Source: Candidatus Hydrogenedentota bacterium
GTDB taxonomy: Bacteria; Hydrogenedentota; Hydrogenedentia; Hydrogenedentales; SLHB01
Length of the DNA stretch: 64,000 bases
Reading direction: 5' to 3'
Assembly (NCBI GenBank): GCA_963668025.2
Contig: CAXXTH010000010.1
Coordinates: forward strand, 1,088,001 to 1,152,000
Shown here: positions 59,431-64,000 of the stretch, one piece after another
Position numbering within the stretch: position 1 is the first letter of the stretch
Layout of the letters: the number at the start of each line of letters is the position of its first letter
Notes under the pieces: generated by a model
Database searches by the model: none
What the model saw: only the letters and a program-made list of their open reading frames with translations
Told to the model about the DNA's origin: nothing
Program-made: the position numbers and the translations under genes

Positions 59431-61700
59431 GCGCCGTACTTTGCCTATTGGCGTTTCTCTCTCTTTCAGGAGTTGATGCCGCCCTTGCTCCCGACCAGCC
59501 GATTCCGCATATCTATGTGGGCGATCCGCTTATCCTTGAGCTGAAGTCGGATGCCGATGCGACCGCGAATATCCTGCTGGATATACAAGATGAAGACGGC
59601 GTCCGCAAGTCCATGCAGCTTAATGCCATTTCGCTGCGTTCCTTTGGCACGGATTGGGAGACTATCGAAGGCGCGCCTGCCAAGCGTGGCTTATATAGCG
59701 CCACTATTAGCGTGCAAGCCGACAAAGCGGCTCCTACTATCGAGCAAACCGCCTTTTGCCGCATCGACCGCCCCATCGCTTCCGTGGATGCGCCTGTAGG
59801 CGTCTGCCTAACGTCTGGCGGTGATGTGGAACTGCAAGCCCTCTCCGCGATTTCACTGCGGCGCGTACGTATCAACGCAAGCGCCCCTGGCGCTAAAGAA
59901 GCCATTGAGCGTGCGCTCGATGCCGATTTCCAAGTTGCGGTGGAGATCGATATGGCTCAGCTTTCCAATGCCAAAGAAATAGTAGAACAGCTTTCCCGGG
60001 CGTATGGGAGCCAGGTGGCCCGCTGGGATATTTTATCGTCTGGTTCCGAGGAAGATGTGGAGCTTGTCCTAAAAACGTTGAAAGACGGAGGCGGCCTTGC
60101 GCCCGCGGCGCTGGCCGTGAGCCAGCCAGAACAGCTTACCCGGCTGCTCGCCCGCTGGGAAGCAGGCCCTACGCCAGTCGTAATGATTCAGCGTGATGCC
60201 CCTACAAGGGAAGACTTAGCGGCGTTTCGTACTGCCGCCGAGCGGGTCGGCTATGAACAAGCGCCTCTTTATGTCCTGCTCAATGGATTCCCCAATAACG
60301 CGCAAGCAGGCGCCAGCCTGATCAAGCAATTGATTACCCATCTTGCTGGCGGCGTGGTGGAGACAGATATTAACGCTTCGCTTGTGTATGCGGATAACGT
60401 CTTCGGCCCGGCCTATGTCCTGCTCAGTGGATTCGCACGCAGGCTGCATGGCGCCGCGTATGTAGGCAGTCTGGATACGCCTGCGGGTTTTGAGGCCCAC
60501 GTGTTCCGGCGGGGAAGCGGCTGGTGCCTAGCCGCATGGGGAAATGGCCCTTCCTCCACATTGCCATTAGCGATTGGCGAGACCAGGAATCTCTATTTTA
60601 CCGATGCGCGCAACAATCCGCTGCCAGAACCTCAGGCGGATGCTTCCGGGAATATCATGCTTGCCTTGGAAAATGGCGGCCCCGTATATCTTAGCGGCTC
60701 GAACGGCGTGGTATTTCGCGCCGCCGCTACTCGTATGGCCCATATGGAAGCCCGTTACTTCGTTTCTGAACAGACATTTCAAAACGAACTGCCTGCGGAG
60801 CTGATTCGCATCATCCACGGCATTGCTGAGCATCCTGAGACACCTGTAGAGCGGAGCGATTTCTTGGCGCTCGTACGGACTATCTGCTATCTCGAACAGG
60901 AGTGGCGCAAGGACAGTTTGCCGAAAACCATTGCTGTTCCCGCATTAGCCAGCCTTACGCGCCTTATTCGCCATTTGTGCGTGCTTGAAGAAGAAAACGG
61001 AGAGCCTTTCCTCGAACCCTTGCAAGACACGCTCAACCGATGCAGCCAGGAACAGTCACTGTATTTGACGCAGACCTCCGAATCCAGCACTACGCGCGAA
61101 CGGGGAGACTGGCTGCTCAAGGAGATAAGCGAGCTCATTGCCGAGGCCAGGCAGCTCGAAGTTGATGGCAGGCCCATCGAAGCGAAAGCGGTGGCCAATA
61201 TGGCCGAATGGCGCGCCCGCGCCCTTAGCCTCATGATGCAAACCACTTCAGAAGAAGGCTTGTCCGCTCAAGATTTTAAAGAAAAAGAGTTGAAGCTCGA
61301 AAGTACAGTAGACCTATCGAAGCCCCAGGCGGATTCGGTGGCTTTGCCGGAAGGCATGCGTTTGCGTGGCCCCGACGATGCGGCTGCCCCGCCTGCCCCG
61401 GCTACTCCACCTGCTCCGGCTGCCGCTGAAACGGCTCCAGCCCCTGTAGAAGCTCCTCCAGCTCCACCGGAGGAATCTGCGGATACGAAGAAACCGCAGA
61501 CAGATTCTAAAGCCAGCAAGGAGCCTCAGAAACAGGTATTTCGTGTCGAGAAAGGGGATGGACCGTGGTCTATCGCCCAGAAACACGGCGTTCAACTGGA
61601 AGATATACTGAAGTGGAATAAATGGAAGAAGAGCCAACGGTTGCGAGTGGGGCAGCAATATATCGTCTATGCTCCACCAGCGAAGACAAAGTCACCCTGA
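59427..61700 (+). CDS. Exported protein with Pro/Ala linker and C-terminal LysM domain
   Basis: Signal peptide; PAPATPPAPAA linker; FRVEKGDGPWSIAQKHGVQLEDILKWN....LRVGQ. Confidence 0.8.
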   Translation: MSAVLCLLAFLSLSGVDAALAPDQPIPHIYVGDPLILELKSDADATANILLDIQDEDGVRKSMQLNAISLRSFGTDWETIEGAPAKRGLYSATISVQADKAAPTIEQTAFCRIDRPIASVDAPVGVCLTSGGDVELQALSAISLRRVRINASAPGAKEAIERALDADFQVAVEIDMAQLSNAKEIVEQLSRAYGSQVARWDILSSGSEEDVELVLKTLKDGGGLAPAALAVSQPEQLTRLLARWEAGPTPVVMIQRDAPTREDLAAFRTAAERVGYEQAPLYVLLNGFPNNAQAGASLIKQLITHLAGGVVETDINASLVYADNVFGPAYVLLSGFARRLHGAAYVGSLDTPAGFEAHVFRRGSGWCLAAWGNGPSSTLPLAIGETRNLYFTDARNNPLPEPQADASGNIMLALENGGPVYLSGSNGVVFRAAATRMAHMEARYFVSEQTFQNELPAELIRIIHGIAEHPETPVERSDFLALVRTICYLEQEWRKDSLPKTIAVPALASLTRLIRHLCVLEEENGEPFLEPLQDTLNRCSQEQSLYLTQTSESSTTRERGDWLLKEISELIAEARQLEVDGRPIEAKAVANMAEWRARALSLMMQTTSEEGLSAQDFKEKELKLESTVDLSKPQADSVALPEGMRLRGPDDAAAPPAPATPPAPAAAETAPAPVEAPPAPPEESADTKKPQTDSKASKEPQKQVFRVEKGDGPWSIAQKHGVQLEDILKWNKWKKSQRLRVGQQYIVYAPPAKTKSP

Positions 61701-61721
61701 CGCAAGGGAAAAGGAATATCC

Positions 61722-62693
61722 ATGAAGAATATCGGCGTATTGACAAGCGGGGGGGATTCCCCGGGCATGAACGCGACCGTGCGCGCCGTGGTCCGCACGG
61801 CGGCCTATCATGAAGTGAATGTGTTTGGCATCCATTGCGGTTATCAAGGCCTTATCGACGGCAAAGTCGTTCCGCTGGGCCCCCGTGACGTGGGGGGGAT
61901 TATCAACCGAGGCGGCACGATCTTGCATACGGCCCGCTGTAAAGAATTCTTTGAACCTGAAGGCCGCGTCAAAGCAGCCGCCACGCTCAAAGAATATGGC
62001 ATCGAGGGCTTGGTTGTCATCGGCGGAGATGGTTCGTATCGTGGCGCGATGAAACTGCACGAAGAACATGGCATCCGATGCATCGGCCTTCCAGGAACCA
62101 TTGACAATGATATCGGAGGCACGGATTTTACCATCGGCTACGACACCGCCCTTAACATCGCAGTCGAGGCGATTGATCGGGTCCGAGACACCGCCGAATC
62201 GCATGATCGCCTGTTTTTCGTCGAAGTGATGGGACGGCATAGCGGCTATCTTTCCATGATGAGCGGCATCGCGGGCGGCGCGGAGGATATTCTGGTGCCG
62301 GAAGCTCCAACAGATATCGAGCATCTCATCAGCCATCTGCGCGCAGGCCGCGAAAAAGGCAAGCGTTCCGCCATTGTAGTGGTGGCGGAAGGTGATGATG
62401 CGGGAAATGCGATTGAAGTGGCTAAAAAAGTCAGCGAAATCTCAGAGTTCAAGGATTCGCGCGTCGTGGTGATCGGCCATTTACAGCGCGGCGGCGCACC
62501 CAGCGCATTCGACCGCATTCTAGGCAGCAGGCTGGGCATACGCGCCGTCGAGGCCCTTATTGAAGGCGAAACCGGGAAAATGGTCGGCGTCTGCGGCAAC
62601 AATGTCACGCTACGGCCGCTCTCGGAAGCCTGGGAATTCCGTACGCAGTTTGATCCGAATTACATGCGTATCGCCCATATATTGGCGACGTGA
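61722..62693 (+). CDS. pfkA: ATP-dependent 6-phosphofructokinase
   Basis: IGVLTSGGDSPGMNA, GGDGSYRGA, PGTIDND, EVMGR, GHLQRGG. Confidence 0.96.
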   Translation: MKNIGVLTSGGDSPGMNATVRAVVRTAAYHEVNVFGIHCGYQGLIDGKVVPLGPRDVGGIINRGGTILHTARCKEFFEPEGRVKAAATLKEYGIEGLVVIGGDGSYRGAMKLHEEHGIRCIGLPGTIDNDIGGTDFTIGYDTALNIAVEAIDRVRDTAESHDRLFFVEVMGRHSGYLSMMSGIAGGAEDILVPEAPTDIEHLISHLRAGREKGKRSAIVVVAEGDDAGNAIEVAKKVSEISEFKDSRVVVIGHLQRGGAPSAFDRILGSRLGIRAVEALIEGETGKMVGVCGNNVTLRPLSEAWEFRTQFDPNYMRIAHILAT

Positions 62694-62721
62694 CACAATG
62701 CGGCGGCCACGGCGAGGCGTT

Positions 62722-63717
62722 CTAGACAAACGCCTCGTCCGCCTTGCCGCTGAACAGCAGCCATAAGAAGAACGGGCCGCCCAGCAGCGCGGTGATGATG
62801 CCCACGGGGATTTCCGCAGGCGCGGCTACGGTGCGGGCCACGGCGTCGCACGCCGTGAGGAACATGCCGCCGAACAGGAAGGTCGCGGGAAAGAGATAGC
62901 GGTGGCCGGGGCCTACAAACAACCGGCAAATATGAGGCGCCATCATGCCAATGAATCCGATGGGGCCGCATACGGCCACGATGCCGCCTACCATGAGCGA
63001 TACGGCGAAGAAAAGCATTTGCTTCATGCGCAGCACATCCACGCCGCGGCTCATTGCCAGATCCTCGCCGGTTGTGGCCAAATCGAGTTCTTGAACCATC
63101 AAATACACCAGCACGGCCCCGCTGGCCACGAAGGGCATTACATTCAGCAGCGCGTCATATCCCACCATGCCCAGCCCGCCCATCATCCAGCGTATGAGCC
63201 GGAATGAGTCATCCATATTGGAGGTGTACTGGACCGCTAGAATCAGGCTTGAGAAAAAAAAGCTTATGGCGACCCCCGCCAGCAGCAAGGTTGAAGAAGT
63301 GAATCCGCCGCGCATGCTCGTGACGCCGTACACCAGCAAGATGGTCAGCAGCGCGCCGATAAAAGCGGCAATAGATGTGCCTGAAATGCCTAGAAGCGAC
63401 AAGGAGAGCCCCAGGCGGACATAAATTGCCGCCCCGAGTGATGCGCCGCTGGATACGCCAAGGGTGAATGGCGTGGCTAAGGGATTGCGGAACAAGGCCT
63501 GAAACGCCATCCCGCTCACCGCCAGGCCCGCTCCTGCTAAAAACGCCGTTAATACGCGCGGTACTCGGATATCCCACAATACAGTCGATTCGATGCTGCT
63601 GCCGCTGGGATCGAATACCGTCCGCAAAGGCACATGTTGCATGCCCACTAGAGGCGCTCCCAATATAGAGGCCACCGCCAGCAGTAAGAGGAGATAAATC
63701 GCGAATGGAGGTTTCAT
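62722..63717 (-). CDS. FecCD/BtuC-family iron-siderophore/cobalamin ABC permease
   Basis: IRVPR, QALFRNPLATPFTLGVSSGA, GPIGFIG..APH, EIPVGIITALLGGPFF. Confidence 0.93.
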   Translation of the reverse strand: MKPPFAIYLLLLLAVASILGAPLVGMQHVPLRTVFDPSGSSIESTVLWDIRVPRVLTAFLAGAGLAVSGMAFQALFRNPLATPFTLGVSSGASLGAAIYVRLGLSLSLLGISGTSIAAFIGALLTILLVYGVTSMRGGFTSSTLLLAGVAISFFFSSLILAVQYTSNMDDSFRLIRWMMGGLGMVGYDALLNVMPFVASGAVLVYLMVQELDLATTGEDLAMSRGVDVLRMKQMLFFAVSLMVGGIVAVCGPIGFIGMMAPHICRLFVGPGHRYLFPATFLFGGMFLTACDAVARTVAAPAEIPVGIITALLGGPFFLWLLFSGKADEAFV

Positions 63718-63998
63718 ACTGCGCCTCGCGCCGTGACGACGATGATGTCTCCCGTTTCGGGATGCGTCAGAAAGTCAAATGGGGTTTCGTAAATTTGTTC
63801 GAGGACCGCATGATCGATGAGTCCTTTGGGTGTTCCATCAAAAGCCACTTTACCGCCCTTCAAGGCCAAAACATGGCTGCTTCCCAAGGCCCCGTGATTC
63901 AAGTCATGTGTCACGGACGCTACGGTAAGCCCTTGTTGTAGCTGCAGTTCATGGACCAGTTCGAGCACTTCCGTTTGGTGCTTATAATCCAGAAAGGT
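63714..63998 (-). CDS. FecE/BtuD-type ABC ATP-binding protein (3' part; truncated by window edge)
   Basis: TFLDYKHQ (after DEPT), VTHDLN, LKGGKV...GTP. Confidence 0.88.
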   Translation of the reverse strand, partial: TFLDYKHQTEVLELVHELQLQQGLTVASVTHDLNHGALGSSHVLALKGGKVAFDGTPKGLIDHAVLEQIYETPFDFLTHPETGDIIVVTARGAV

Positions 63999-64000
63999 GG

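Overview
Chromosomal window from a bacterium that is probably Candidatus Hydrogenedentota or PVC-like. This is an inference from the DUF1559 prepilin-like paralogues, TSP3/Ig-repeat surface proteins and the intergenic repeat style. Bases 1-28.6 kb form a mosaic, all plus-strand carbohydrate-utilisation island. It holds three DUF1559 (prepilin-type, H-X9-DG) proteins, two C-terminally anchored surface proteins, GH32-, GH78- and propeller/six-hairpin-type glycosidases, and a LacI regulator with candidate operators. It also holds a fucose-isomerase-family gene plus a pseudogene, a ketose-epimerase-family gene and a rhamnose/AI-2-type ABC importer with a fused ATPase-permease. An internal duplication shows reciprocal gene decay, and one copy carries a 3.5 kb 'surface protein + DUF1559' segment between a promoter and its RBS. 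Next come a 50-aa peptide gene, an OprO/P porin, a Dsr1-like SIR2 defence gene, a GH42-like hydrolase, and a surface operon (small Ig protein, 2776-aa Ig/TSP3 adhesin, anchored stand-alone dockerin). The rest is mrfAB-like repair genes, an intact 1822-bp IS (17-bp IRs, 6-bp TSD), MATE, an MBL hydrolase, a LysM protein, pfkA and a FecCD-type ABC transporter. Intergenic DNA from 34 to 57 kb carries a family of nested, modular palindromic repeats (GTAG-REPs plus short tandem inverted repeats). No rRNA, tRNA or CRISPR array was seen. All family assignments come from motif recognition by eye, not database searches.
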